Both the position numbers and the translations under genes were made by a program. Shown piece after piece: positions 1-10,600 of a DNA stretch of 64,000 bases. The notes beneath the pieces are model-generated. The model was not told where the DNA came from. It was given only the letters and a program-made list of their open reading frames with translations, and ran no database searches. Source of the stretch: an uncultured Gemmataceae bacterium (GTDB lineage Bacteria; Planctomycetota; Planctomycetia; Gemmatales; Gemmataceae); the NCBI GenBank assembly GCA_963750165.1, contig CAVVPN010000011.1, positions 1,088,001-1,152,000 on the forward strand, in the 5' to 3' direction. Within the stretch, counting starts at the first letter, position 1. Each line of letters starts with the position of its first letter.

Positions 1-284
1 GACGAACTCGCCCCGGTTGCGGAGCGAGGCGATAACTCCACCGAGCCGCCTGTCCAGTTCGACGGCGGCCCCGAGTGTCTTGTCGCCGCCTTTCTTGTGC
101 TTGAAGTAGCAGACCACTTGCAGCGGCACGTCGGCGTCATACGGCCCCTGCGCCGGACGACGAGTTTCACACCGTTGGTGCCTTTGAGCACCTTGTCCAC
201 CGGAACCTTCGTGTCGCCGGCGGGAGCGAGTCCGCACACGACCGCGGCCCACAGCGCCGCCGCAAACGGGATGATTCGATGCAT
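1..284 (-). CDS. Secreted protein, peptidase M17 N-terminal-like domain (runs off window edge)
   Basis: Manual translation from ATG 284: MHRIIPFAAALWAAVVCG (signal-like)...DVPLQVVCYFKHK...GAAVELDRRLGGVIASLRNRGEF; RBS GGAGG upstream. Confidence 0.55.
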   Translation of the reverse strand, partial: MHRIIPFAAALWAAVVCGLAPAGDTKVPVDKVLKGTNGVKLVVRRRGRMTPTCRCKWSATSSTRKAATRHSGPPSNWTGGSVELSPRSATGASS

Positions 285-311
285 GGTTCCTCCGGTGAGG
301 TAGCACTTCCT

Positions 312-2147
312 TCAGTACGCCCAGCAGCCGCACTCGCTCCCCCACAGGGGCTCCTCCCCGCCCCGGCACGCCCCGAGCAGGCGGTGCAACAGGGCGTGCC
401 ACCGGGGGTGACTCCCGGCGGCGAGTTGTCGAGCCGCCGGCGCCGACCCGTGGTAGCCCCCGTACACGCCGACCGGCGACCAGTCCGGGCGGACCGGCAA
501 CGGCGGCGGCGAGAAGGAGGCGAACGGGTCGGCGGCGTAAACCACCTTGCCGCCCATCACCGTCAGGACCGACTCGATCCCCTTGATCCGCTCGTCGGTG
601 ACGGCGAAGTAGTCGTCGGACAGCACAACAAGGTCGGCCAACTGGCCCGCCTTGATCGTGCCCCGCACCCCGTCCTCGTTGGAGAACCAGCCGCTCGCCT
701 GCGTGTACAGCCGCAGCGCCTGCTCCCGGCTGAGGCGGTTCGCCTCTGGGTAAAGGGGCAGCCCGCCCACCGTCCGGCCCGTGACCAGCCAGTACAGGCA
801 GACCCACGGGTTGTAGCTGGCGACACGGGTGGCGTCGGTCCCCGCCGACACCGGGATGCCCATCCGCAACATCTCGGCCACCGGCGGCGTGGCCTCGGCC
901 TTCTTCGCCCCGTAGCGGTTGACGAAATACTCGCCCTGGTAGGCCATCCGGTGCTGCACGGCGATACCGCCGCCCAGCGCCTTGATCCGCTGGAGGTTGC
1001 GGGTCGTCGCCGTCTCGGCGTGGTCGAAGAACCAGTGCAGCCCGTCGAACGGTACGTCTCGGTTGACCGCCTCGAAGATGTCGAGGAAGCGGGAGATGGA
1101 CTCGTCGTAGGTAGCGTGCAGGCGGAACGGCCAGCGGTTCTCGGCCAGCAGCCGGACGACGCCGGGCAGGTCGCCTTCGAGCGTCGGCGGCAGGTCCGGG
1201 CGGGGCTCGAGGAAGTCCTCGAAGTCCGCCGCCGAGAACGTCAGCATCTCGCCCGCCCCGTTCATGCGCAGGAAGTCGCTGCCGTCACCGGGCCTGGTCA
1301 TCCCCACCCACCGGCGGAAGTCGTCGAGTTCGCCGCCGGGCTTCTGGGTGAACAGGTTGTAGGCGACCCGGACGGTCATCTCGCCCTTCTTGTGCAGCGC
1401 CTCGATGACCTGGTAATCCTCGGGGTAGTTCTGGAACCCTCCCCCGGCGTCGATCACCCCTGTCACCCCCAAGCGGTTGAGTTCCCGCATGAAGTGGCGG
1501 GTCGAGTTCTCCTGGTCCGCCGGGGCGAGCTTCGGGCCGAGCGCCAACGTCTTGTAGAGGATCAGGGCGTTCGGTTTGGCGACGAGCATTCCGGTCGGTG
1601 TGCCGGACTTGTCCCGTTCGATGGTGCCGCCGGGCGGCTCGGGCGTGTCCCTGGTGTAGCCCACGGCCCGCAGCGCCGCCCCGTTGAGCATGGCCCGGTC
1701 ATAGAGGTGGAGCACGAACACCGGGGTATCGGGCGAGGCGGCGTTGATCTCGGCCAAGGTCGGCATCCGGCGCTCAGCGAACTGGAACTCGTTCCAGCCG
1801 CCGACCACTCGCACCCACTGCGGCGGCGGCGTGCGGCGGGCCTGCTCCTTGAGCCTCCGCAGGGCGTCGGCGAGGCTTGGCACGCCGTCCCAGCGCAGCT
1901 CCATGTTGTAGTTCAGCCCGCCCCGGATCAGGTGCAGGTGCGTGTCGGTCAGGCCGGGGACGGCGGTGCGGCCTCGCAGGTCGATGGTGGTCGTGCCCGG
2001 CCCCCGAAACGGGGCCACGTCCTGGTCGCCGCCAACGGCCACGAACCGGCCGCCTCTGACGGCGACCGCCGTGCCGGTGGGGTTGGCCGGGTCGAGCGTG
2101 GTCAGCCTGCCACCGTGCAGAATGAGGTCGGCGTGGTTGATCGTCAC
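312..2147 (-). CDS. YtcJ-like metal-dependent amidohydrolase
   Basis: PGLTDTHLH metal-binding motif, RLHAT, FDHAE, AGTDA, GQLADLVVL. Confidence 0.9.
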   Translation of the reverse strand: MTINHADLILHGGRLTTLDPANPTGTAVAVRGGRFVAVGGDQDVAPFRGPGTTTIDLRGRTAVPGLTDTHLHLIRGGLNYNMELRWDGVPSLADALRRLKEQARRTPPPQWVRVVGGWNEFQFAERRMPTLAEINAASPDTPVFVLHLYDRAMLNGAALRAVGYTRDTPEPPGGTIERDKSGTPTGMLVAKPNALILYKTLALGPKLAPADQENSTRHFMRELNRLGVTGVIDAGGGFQNYPEDYQVIEALHKKGEMTVRVAYNLFTQKPGGELDDFRRWVGMTRPGDGSDFLRMNGAGEMLTFSAADFEDFLEPRPDLPPTLEGDLPGVVRLLAENRWPFRLHATYDESISRFLDIFEAVNRDVPFDGLHWFFDHAETATTRNLQRIKALGGGIAVQHRMAYQGEYFVNRYGAKKAEATPPVAEMLRMGIPVSAGTDATRVASYNPWVCLYWLVTGRTVGGLPLYPEANRLSREQALRLYTQASGWFSNEDGVRGTIKAGQLADLVVLSDDYFAVTDERIKGIESVLTVMGGKVVYAADPFASFSPPPLPVRPDWSPVGVYGGYHGSAPAARQLAAGSHPRWHALLHRLLGACRGGEEPLWGSECGCWAY

Positions 2148-2165
2148 GGGACGCCCTCCGGTGGG

Positions 2166-2795
2166 TCACTTCTTGGCGAAGGCGCTGTAGGCGGTCATCA
2201 GGTTCTTGTAAGCGGGGATGTGGCTGCCCAGGAGGGTGGCCAGCCCTTCCATGTCCCGCCGCCAGTCCCGCTGGAGTTCACAGGCGACGGCGAACCAATT
2301 GGTCATCACCGCCCCGGCCTGCTGCATCCGCATCAGGGCGGCATCCCGCACCGACTTGCTGAACGTGCCCGAGGCGTCGGCGACGACAAACACCTGATAC
2401 CCCTCCCGCAGCGCCGAGAGCGTCGGGAAGGCCACGCACACGTCCGTCACCACCCCGGCGATGACGAGTTGCTTCTTCCCGGTCTGCTTGACGGCTTTCA
2501 CGAAGTCCTCGTTGTCCCAGGCGTTGATCTGGCCGGGGCGGGGGATGAACGGGGCGTCGGGGAACATGGCCTTCAACTCGGGGAGGATGACCCCGTTGGG
2601 GCCGTTCTCGAAGCTGGTCGTGAGGATCGTCGGGAGCTTGAAGAACTTGGCGGCGGCGGCCAGGGCGAGGACGTTGTTCTTGAACTCGTCCGGGCCGTAG
2701 TCCTGGACCAGGGAGAGCAGGCCGACCTGATGATCGATGAGCAGCACGGCGGCGTCATCGAGCGACAGGGACGGCTGAACGGCGTGAGCAGGCAT
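2166..2795 (-). CDS. Isochorismatase-family hydrolase (YcaC-like)
   Basis: LLIDHQ, RPGQINAWDNEDFV, GVVTDVCVAFP; start reassigned to ATG 2795. Confidence 0.9.
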   Translation of the reverse strand: MPAHAVQPSLSLDDAAVLLIDHQVGLLSLVQDYGPDEFKNNVLALAAAAKFFKLPTILTTSFENGPNGVILPELKAMFPDAPFIPRPGQINAWDNEDFVKAVKQTGKKQLVIAGVVTDVCVAFPTLSALREGYQVFVVADASGTFSKSVRDAALMRMQQAGAVMTNWFAVACELQRDWRRDMEGLATLLGSHIPAYKNLMTAYSAFAKK

Positions 2796-2982
2796 GGACA
2801 CCCTCTTGAGAGTGGTCGGTGGTCTGAACCGATGGTCTTGGTCGGCGGGGGGCCCGCCTCCGGGTTCGCCCACGCCGGGTCCGGCCACGACCCTTTTCCG
2901 TTGGGCTGCCGGACGCCTGCGAGTATAGTAGACCTGTCGGTATCATTCGGCAAGAAGACACCAATGAGGTACAGAGTTTCCA

Positions 2983-3360
2983 ATGGATACCAAGTGGCCT
3001 GTTCCCGAAGGTGATGGCGACGTGTGCCCGCTGGCGGAGATGCTCGGCACGCTCGGCGGCAAGTGGAAGTGCATAATCCTGTGGTGGGTGATGGACGGCC
3101 CCCGCCGGTTCACCGAACTGCGGGGGCGGATGCCGGGGATCACGCAGAAGATGCTGACGCAGCAGTTGCGGGACCTGGAGCGGGACGGGTTCCTCAAGCG
3201 GCGGGTGTACGCCGAGGTGCCGCCACGGGTGGAGTATTCGGCGACCCCGCTGGCCCTCACCCTGCGCCCGGTGCTGCTGGCGATGCACGATTGGGCCGCC
3301 GAACACCTGTTGAAGCAGACGCCCGAGAAGCCCAGGGCCCAACGGAACAAGAAAGTGTGA
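2983..3360 (+). CDS. HxlR-family winged-helix transcriptional regulator, divergent from the hydrolase operon
   Basis: CP...GGKWK...RFTEL...ITQKMLTQQLRDLERDG...VPPRVEYS. Confidence 0.93.
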   Translation: MDTKWPVPEGDGDVCPLAEMLGTLGGKWKCIILWWVMDGPRRFTELRGRMPGITQKMLTQQLRDLERDGFLKRRVYAEVPPRVEYSATPLALTLRPVLLAMHDWAAEHLLKQTPEKPRAQRNKKV

Positions 3361-4210
3361 GGTCCACTTCGGCGGAACAGGCCGATTGAAGCGGCTCGTT
3401 TGCGGCTTGACGGACTTGAAACGATGAACGGGAAGCGGAGCGTCCTGCCCAGGTCGTTCTCCTTCTTTCGTTTCTGGTTTACCGGTGAGCAAGCTGGTTG
3501 CCTGCTTCGGTCCGACACACCGGAGTGGTTTTCCGCCGCCCCGGCACTTCCGGGTGGTGGGTTACCAATGTTGTCAGACGCCGAAGTCCTTGTAGCGTAA
3601 GGGATACCGCCAAGCGCCGAAAATCGGCGCCGAGCGCTAACCAGTTAAGACAGTGGGACTTGTGTCAGGTCGGCAACAATACTGACCCACCCACTTCCGG
3701 ACCCGGGCACGAAGTCGAGCAAGCAGTGGTCGGACCCTATTTCGCTGGCTCCGAACCGCTACCCAGCGGGTCGAGGTGTCCCGTGCCAATTCGTGCGCCA
3801 CGGACATCACCACCCGGAACCCGGATTCACTCCGGCAAGTGCCGCACCCAGACCCGAATGTACTCGCATGTCGGCGCTTGCCGGCGCACGATGTCCGACA
3901 GGTCGTGGCTGGCGCCCAGCACGATCAGCCCGAAGTCCTCCCGCGTCCAGCACCGCCCGCACCATCGCCTCCCGCCGCCGACAGGGACGCATGGGGACTG
4001 TACGCACTCGCCGGGTTCCAGCCACTCGGACCAGGATCGAGAAACCGGCCACGAGCCGTAGTCGGGTGGCGGCGGTGGACGATAGAATGAACTAATGGTG
4101 GGCCCGCAGGCCCATTCCCTCCGGATAGTCCCCGGAGGCGACCAAGACTGGGGGCGCAAACGCCCATCCGAATTGTGTCCCTGTCCACACTTCCTTCAAG
4201 GAGACCGAGT

Positions 4211-4804
4211 ATTCGCTATTTCGACCGTCAGCCAGCGCAGGATCGCGGCCCGCGCATGAACGAGCAGATCCGCATCAGCCCCGTCCGCCTCATCGGCGTC
4301 GAGGGGGAGCAACTGGGCATCGTGTCCACCGCACTGGCCCTGGAGAAGGCCCGGGAGGCGGGATTGGACCTGGTGGAGATGGCCGCCGACGAGCGGCCGC
4401 CGGTCTGCAAGATCCTCGACTACGGCAGGTTGCGCTTCACGAACTCGCAGAAGAACAACAAGGCCGGCAAGGTCCGCCAGCAAAAGGTGAAGGAGATGCG
4501 CCTGCGTCCCAAGACGGGCGACCACGACGTGGAGACCAAGGTCAACCAGGCGCGCAAGTTCCTCGAACACAACGACAAGGTCCAGATCACCGTCCTGTTC
4601 CGAGGCCGCGAGATGCAGCACCAGCAGGAGGGGCGGCGGGTGCTGGACTTGGTCTTGGAGAAACTGGCCGAGGTGGGCAAGGTGGAGCGCCCGCCGACGA
4701 TGGACGGGAAGAAAATGACCGCCCTAGTCATGCCCAACAAGGCGGCGGCCAAACCCAAGCCCAAGCCGGCGATGAAACCGGCGGGGGCGAAGCCGACGGT
4801 CTAA
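4211..4804 (+). CDS. infC: Translation initiation factor IF-3, probable ATT start
   Basis: NEQIRISPVRLI...GLDLVE...PPVCKILDYG...KEMRLRP...FRGRE; SD AAGGAGA precedes an in-frame ATT at 4211. Confidence 0.92.
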   Translation: MRYFDRQPAQDRGPRMNEQIRISPVRLIGVEGEQLGIVSTALALEKAREAGLDLVEMAADERPPVCKILDYGRLRFTNSQKNNKAGKVRQQKVKEMRLRPKTGDHDVETKVNQARKFLEHNDKVQITVLFRGREMQHQQEGRRVLDLVLEKLAEVGKVERPPTMDGKKMTALVMPNKAAAKPKPKPAMKPAGAKPTV

Positions 4805-4897
4805 CAGCGACATGCCGACGGTGCGGGGTACGGGCACTGCCCGGCCCCGGATCGTCGGGTCCCTTCGAGCCGAAGAAGTTGTAACTGCCGCCCCAGC

Positions 4898-4925
4898 AGG
4901 TAGGTATCCAGAGGTAGGTATCCAG
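4898..4925. repeat. 14-bp tandem direct repeat AGGTAGGTATCCAG x2
   Basis: Exact copies at 4898-4911 and 4912-4925, at the presumed left edge of the integrative element. Confidence 0.7.
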
Positions 4926-4971
4926 CAACCACACCCAGCCCGCGCCCACGATGGGGGCCACGCCGCCCCCG

Positions 4972-5814
4972 TTACGCGCCGTCTACCCCGCGCCGCCGGT
5001 CGCGGAACGTCGGGATACCCAGCTTACACCGCTTCTGCATGACGGCCTGCGGCGCCCGCCCCAACATGCGGGCCACCTCCTCATCCGGCAGCGTGCCGAG
5101 CAGCGCCACCTGCTCGGCGGTCCAAAGCCGGCTCGTGGGGTTCGGGATGCGCAGCCCCTCCCGATTCTGCCGCACCGCATCCGGCGTGCGGCCGGTGCGC
5201 CTCGCCGCCTCCGAGTCGGGCAGCATGCCAAGCAGCGCCACGTCGGCCGCAGGCCAGGGGTGCTCGTGGTAGCCCGGCTCCAGGTAGTTGCCCAGCCCCA
5301 ACTCGATGCTGGTACGCCGGCGCCGCTCGCGCTCCTCCTCGGTCCACTCCCGGGCCTGCGTCGCCGCGCCGGCTGCCTCCCACACCGCCTGGTAAAGCCG
5401 GCGACTGCCCTCGGGGTCCGCCCTGGCCACGCCCAGCGCCTTGCGCCAGCGCCAGACGACGCCCTCGCTCACGCCCCACCAGTGCATGACGGCGGCGGCC
5501 GACTCGTGCCGCACGGCGCGGGCCAACTCCTCGTCGAGCAGGAGGCCGGACCCGCCGCCGGGCGAATCGACGGCGCGGCAGCGCGGCCAGGGGATGCGGG
5601 CATCGGTCCAGCTGGTGATGACCACGGTGCAATCACGGAGTAAGCAGGTGGCGCGGTCGCCCCTGTTCAGTGGCGGCGCCTGGTAGGGGCCGAACAGCAG
5701 TCGGACGCGGTCGTGCTGGGTCACAAGCACCTCTTGGCGGCCACTGGCAACAACCGCACCACGGGAGCCGCTCTCGTCAACTAAGAGGAGCAATGATTCG
5801 CTCCCACTTCTCAA
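4972..5814 (-). CDS. Hypothetical protein with repeated HTH-like units (W..E.VALLG.LPD.E.AR..GR); true start probably ~5724
   Basis: Two clear internal repeats plus an HTH-like VMHWWGVSEGVVWRWRKALG. Confidence 0.65.
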   Translation of the reverse strand: MRSGSESLLLLVDESGSRGAVVASGRQEVLVTQHDRVRLLFGPYQAPPLNRGDRATCLLRDCTVVITSWTDARIPWPRCRAVDSPGGGSGLLLDEELARAVRHESAAAVMHWWGVSEGVVWRWRKALGVARADPEGSRRLYQAVWEAAGAATQAREWTEEERERRRRTSIELGLGNYLEPGYHEHPWPAADVALLGMLPDSEAARRTGRTPDAVRQNREGLRIPNPTSRLWTAEQVALLGTLPDEEVARMLGRAPQAVMQKRCKLGIPTFRDRRRGVDGA

Positions 5815-6184
5815 GGAATTCCGGCGCCTCGTACTTTGGAGGGTCGAGCCAGTACGCTTGCTTGCTGCCCACTCCGAAGGCTACCGCTCGCTCCACGACC
5901 TCCCCGCGGGCGAGGATGAAGCATTCGGGCTTGTCCTTCTGGATATGGCGGCAGACAACCAGGAAGTCCGCGATGAGCGTTGCGAGGTTCTTCCCCAGCC
6001 CCACGGGGTTGCGCTTCGAGAGGGCTTTCACCTGGACGGTGATTGTCGCCGTTGCGTCCTGGTTGTAGGCGACGATGTCCACGCCACGAGCGTTTCTTGA
6101 CGTGGGCATGACGTTCCAGCCGAGCCGCGACAGCCGGTAACAGACGTAGTACAAACCGATATTGCCGACGGTCTGGTGGTTCAC
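5777..6184 (-). CDS. Putative PD-(D/E)XK-fold endonuclease
   Basis: G..G...V...L...GW...RGVDIVA...VQVKA pattern; RBS GAGGAG before GTG. Confidence 0.6.
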   Translation of the reverse strand: MNHQTVGNIGLYYVCYRLSRLGWNVMPTSRNARGVDIVAYNQDATATITVQVKALSKRNPVGLGKNLATLIADFLVVCRHIQKDKPECFILARGEVVERAVAFGVGSKQAYWLDPPKYEAPEFLEKWERIIAPLS

Positions 6185-6187
6185 GGG

Positions 6188-6403
6188 TCAAACTCTCCTC
6201 GTCGGGCCGTGGGTGGCCGCCTGCAGGCAGGTCAGCCGCCACGCCCGCGCCTGCGTCGGCGCCGTGGCCAGGATGCGGACCCCCGGGCAGTGCGCCTCGA
6301 CCGTCCAGCTTCTGGCGCCCCCAAACTCGCCCAGCGACCAGCCGGCGCGGTGTAGACGGTCGCGGTATTCATGTAGAAAGTGGCGGCTGAAACTACGCGA
6401 CAC
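6188..6403 (-). CDS. Small hypothetical protein (RLHRAGWSLGE...TQARAWRL)
   Basis: Tightly packed between neighbours; resembles small planctomycete mobile-element proteins. Confidence 0.45.
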   Translation of the reverse strand: MSRSFSRHFLHEYRDRLHRAGWSLGEFGGARSWTVEAHCPGVRILATAPTQARAWRLTCLQAATHGPTRRV

Positions 6404-6408
6404 CCCAG

Positions 6409-7557
6409 TCAGCTGTGGTCCCCTGGTTCGGCGGGCACTTTGTCCCAGAACGTCTCCTTCACCCGATCGATGAGGCAGAACACATGCCCAGGATCGTCCT
6501 GCCTGGTGCGGCCACTCAGCCCGCTCACCCATCGGTCGGGGATGCTCCCTTTCCCGTGCAACGCGCCCAGGATCGCACCTACAATCGCGGCGATCGTGTC
6601 GTTGTCGCGGGTATCGAGGACCGAAACCCTAACCGCCTCCTCGAAACTGTTGCCATGCTTCATGAGCACAAACAAAACTGACGGAAGCGTTTCAAACAGA
6701 TGCGGCCCCGACCCCCACCCGCCACCGTGGGGGCTGCACACGTCCCGCACGGATCGGCCCGCCGCGAATGCCCGCTTAACGTGCCCGTTGACGAAGTCTG
6801 CGAACTGCCCGTTGAACCCGGTGAGGAGTGGTCGCGGGTCCGACTCTGGGGGACACACCGCCCGATCACAGAGTTGCGAGAAGACGCGCAGGAACTCGTC
6901 GGCCCACCACTCCGCAGGCGGCGGCGCAGTCATCCCCAGACACTGCCACATCAGGTTGACGAGCGCGATGCAGGCAGCTGTCGAGACGGAACTGTTGTGC
7001 GTGATGCGCCCGCAAAGAGCCGCGTCAATCCAGAGGTCTGCCGACGGGGATCGTAGGTAGGGGCTGATAATGGGCGCGATCCTCATGACCGCGCCGTTGC
7101 GGATCGGTTCGGGGACTCGCGTGGCCCACTCCCACCACGGCCCACTCGGTCTGGACTTGGCGTTCTCGCGGAACAGTCGCACGATTCTGCCAATGCCGGT
7201 GATGTGCTCCTTCGGGTCAGCGAAAGTACGTGCGACGTTGGCGGGCTGGAACTGGCTGTCGCGGAGAATGACCTCCAGAGCCCAAAAGGACAGCTGCGTG
7301 TCGTCGGATGGGCCGTTCTCACCAGGCAGGTAGTTGAGTGGGGTCGGATACCGGGACCGATACTCCCAGCCACGGACTCCTTCCGTCGGCAAGCCGAGCG
7401 CGTCCCCGATGGCAATGCCGAGCAGCATCCCCTCAACCTTGCTCCAAGTCGCGGTTGCCGGCAGCGGCTGCGGAGTCTCCTGCAAAATGGGGCCGTCGAG
7501 CAAATCGAGCAGGCTCTGTGCGCGAAGGGTGTTGAAGAGATCGCGATTGGCAGACAT
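6409..7557 (-). CDS. ADP-ribosylglycohydrolase (DraG/ARH family)
   Basis: GMLLGIAIGDALG, SDDTQL, NGAVMR, DNDTIAAIVGAILGA. Confidence 0.9.
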   Translation of the reverse strand: MSANRDLFNTLRAQSLLDLLDGPILQETPQPLPATATWSKVEGMLLGIAIGDALGLPTEGVRGWEYRSRYPTPLNYLPGENGPSDDTQLSFWALEVILRDSQFQPANVARTFADPKEHITGIGRIVRLFRENAKSRPSGPWWEWATRVPEPIRNGAVMRIAPIISPYLRSPSADLWIDAALCGRITHNSSVSTAACIALVNLMWQCLGMTAPPPAEWWADEFLRVFSQLCDRAVCPPESDPRPLLTGFNGQFADFVNGHVKRAFAAGRSVRDVCSPHGGGWGSGPHLFETLPSVLFVLMKHGNSFEEAVRVSVLDTRDNDTIAAIVGAILGALHGKGSIPDRWVSGLSGRTRQDDPGHVFCLIDRVKETFWDKVPAEPGDHS

Positions 7558-7676
7558 CCTGAAAACCTCCACGACTCACCCCCGTTGTCCCCTCATCAAC
7601 CACATCCTGGCGGTTGCCGAGGTCGCCGGCCCCCGCCACAGGGAAGACCAGGACAACATCAGCGACATGCTCCCGA

Positions 7677-10600
7677 TCACTCCAGCCGCAGTTCCTTGGC
7701 CACTTCCCCAAGAATCTCGTTCAGCCTTGTCACTATTTCAGACGGAAGCGGCTTCACCCCGCCCACCTCGATGCGGAATCGCATCCGCACTTCATGGCCG
7801 ACGGCGACCCTGGCTAATTCGCCCACTTGATCGGCCAGGTCCTGCACCTGGGCCGCCTTGAGGTCAGCCTCCGCTGCCACTACGCCCGGCCTCTTCTCTA
7901 CCACCGGCGGCGCCACGACGATCGGCGGCTGGATCACGGGCGGCGGCTTGCCAGGCAGGGAAAGCCGCACGCCGGACGCCCCCGCGAACTCGCACGGCCA
8001 GGGGCCGCTGTCCACCGCCCACTCCAGCACCCTGGCCCGCAGGGCCGAGTCGATGGCCGTGCGGACGGACGGCCAGGGCAGCGTGCCGCCCGCCTTCCGC
8101 GACAGGGCGTCAGCCACGGCCGCCGCGGTCGTCGCCCCGTCCCGCCATGCTTCCGCCAGCTGGTCAGGCAGAATGCCGGCCACGGGGATCGCGGTCGGCG
8201 GCTGACGCAGGCGCGCGTCCTCGGCAATCACGCCGGGGGGCACGGCCTCGCTCCACAGACTGGCCTGGCCCGCGACCAGCCAGAGGTGTCCGGTTTGCAC
8301 CGCCTCCCCGACCGCCTTCTCGACGACCACGCGGTCTGCCTTGGGGATGGTCATCGGCTCGTCATAGCCCTCGCGGGGAATCTGGGCGACGTGGTCGCCG
8401 GCGAAGTAGGCGAACAGGGCACCGACGGCCAACTCGTCCCCGGCCCACAGGCCCGGCAATGCCTGCGGCAGCAGCAGTGACGCCGGCAGGGCGGCCAGCT
8501 CAGCGGCCTCCGCCAGCACCACCTCCAGGCCGGGGTCACGCAAGGCCGCTTCGTCAGGTTCCTGCCGCCAAAAGGTGCAGGCCGTGCGGTCGGGAGCCAG
8601 GCAGCGCAGCACGAAGAAGCCCTCCCTCGCTCCCTGGACCAAGGTGTCGAGAATCTCCTTCCGCCGCAGCATCTTTGGCAGGTGCGGGAACTGGGCGAAC
8701 GCCCCCACGAGGTCTTTGACCCGGCGGCTCGTCTCGCCGGCCCGCCACAGGTTGAACGGCCCCTCGGGGAGCAGGGCGTCGGCACTGACTGCCGTGTCCT
8801 GAATCCGCGACCGCGTGTCCGCCTTGATCTGCCCGAACAGCGGCTCGGCCGGGCTCACCGTCAGCTTGAACGCCTGGGCCTCGTTCTTCTCCGACACCAC
8901 CACCACGACGCCGAACATCAGCAGCACCGACTCGGGCACCTTCTTCCTGGTCGAGTCCAGGCTGGTGGCCAGCGTGCCTGCCCTCAGCGGGTCGAGGTCT
9001 TGGCCCTTGAGCTGGTGCTGAACCTCCTCCCAGCCCAGGTAGTCGCGGATGCGGCCGCGGGCCACCTCCAGCCCCTCGCGCGACGGCACCACCAGCACCA
9101 CCGCGTTGCGGTAGACCCGTGGCCGGTCGGCCGCCGTCGTCTCGTCGAGGAACCGCCTGGCCTCCGCACCTGGGCTCCCCGAGGCGGACACGGCCTTCGG
9201 CCCCAGCACGGCGAAGTGGAAGTCGCCGTCGTCCTCGATGTCCTTGGGCCGCTCGGGCAGGACGTGGACCTTCGCACCCGCTTCCTTGGCCCCGGCCGTC
9301 AGGCTCTTCAGCTTCTGTACCTCGGCCAGCAGCTTGGCCTCGATCAGGTCGGGCGAGACCCGCGTGCAGGCGTCGTGGTGCATCTGCGTCAGGTTCGGCC
9401 GCGAGCCCAGCCGCCAGACCTTGGGCAGCGGCTTTGGCCCGCCTGCGGCCTCCGCGGCCGCCAGCTCCGCGTCGTCGAGGAACCACGACACGCCGGCCCA
9501 GCGGGCCAGTTCCTTCTCCAACTCGATGCGGTCAGGCCGCGTCGGCCCGACGACCAACTGCAGGTCGCGGAGCGACGCCTTCTGGCCGATGGGCTGGCTG
9601 TGCAGGAAGGTGGCAAAGACGGCCTGCTCCAGTTCGCGGTAGTGCAGGCCGGGGGATTCGTATTGTAGCTCGCGGGCCTTGGTCAGCTCGCCTTCCAGGA
9701 TCTGCGTCCACTGTTGCTGCTTGCCCTCGTACTCCTCGGTCGCGGCCACGTTAGCCAGTTCGCGGGCCGCCTCCGACAGCCCCTCTCGCTTCGGCTCGCC
9801 CAGGAACAGGTTGGCGGAGAGCAGCGGGCAGGCGTCCCACCGCTCGGCGTCCCGCAGGCCCAGGGCGAAGGTGCGGAGGATGCCGCGAGTCCTCTGGAAG
9901 CCTTCCAGCTGCGTCCACTTCGTGTAGAAGACCTCGGTCAGGTCGGGGTGGAACGGGTAGCTGGCCAGGAAGCGGTTCTCGGCCGCCTTACCCTCGCGGC
10001 GGGTCTGCTCGTCCAGGTCGGTGATGCCTTTCAGGGCCGCGACGACGTGCGGCCGAAACGCCTCCCGGTCGCGGATCGAGTCGGGCGTGAAGAACCGCCG
10101 TCTGAGCACCTCGGCCACGTCCTCCTTCAGCACCGGCTGCACGCCCTCCTCACGCTCGCGGCGGAAGATGGCGTACAACTCGCCGGTCAGCTCCTTTCCC
10201 AGCGTGTCGCTCTTGTGCGGGTCGGTCGCCAGCAATGAGGCGACGATGGCACAGCTATCGACCTTGGTGGCCGCCTGTGTCAGATACTGGAAGAAGTTGA
10301 TCAGGCGGCCTCGCCAGACGGGGTCGAGGCCGACCTTCTCGCGGACGTACATCAAGGTCTCGTCGATGAGTAGCAGCGTGGCCAGTCCCTGGCGGGCGGG
10401 CCGGGCCAGCAGATCGACGAGCAGCGGTTCGGCGGGGGCGGAGTCGCGTTCGGCGTCCTGTCCCTCGGGGTGCAGGTGTCGCAGCCCCTCGACGCCGGCC
10501 AGCTGGAAGGCCAGTACGCTCCACGGATTCTTGAGCCATCGCGGATCGCCGGCCGGCCCCCTCACCTCCATGCCCTTCTCGGCGTCCAGCTTGTCGAACG

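Noticed and set aside
279..3014. 911-aa plus-strand ORF and similar long antisense ORFs (e.g. 12335..14275, 46827..48737)
   Set aside because: High-GC shadows of motif-bearing genes on the opposite strand.
3400..4170. Short overlapping ORFs or a possible ncRNA
   Set aside because: No recognisable motif or fold I can support.
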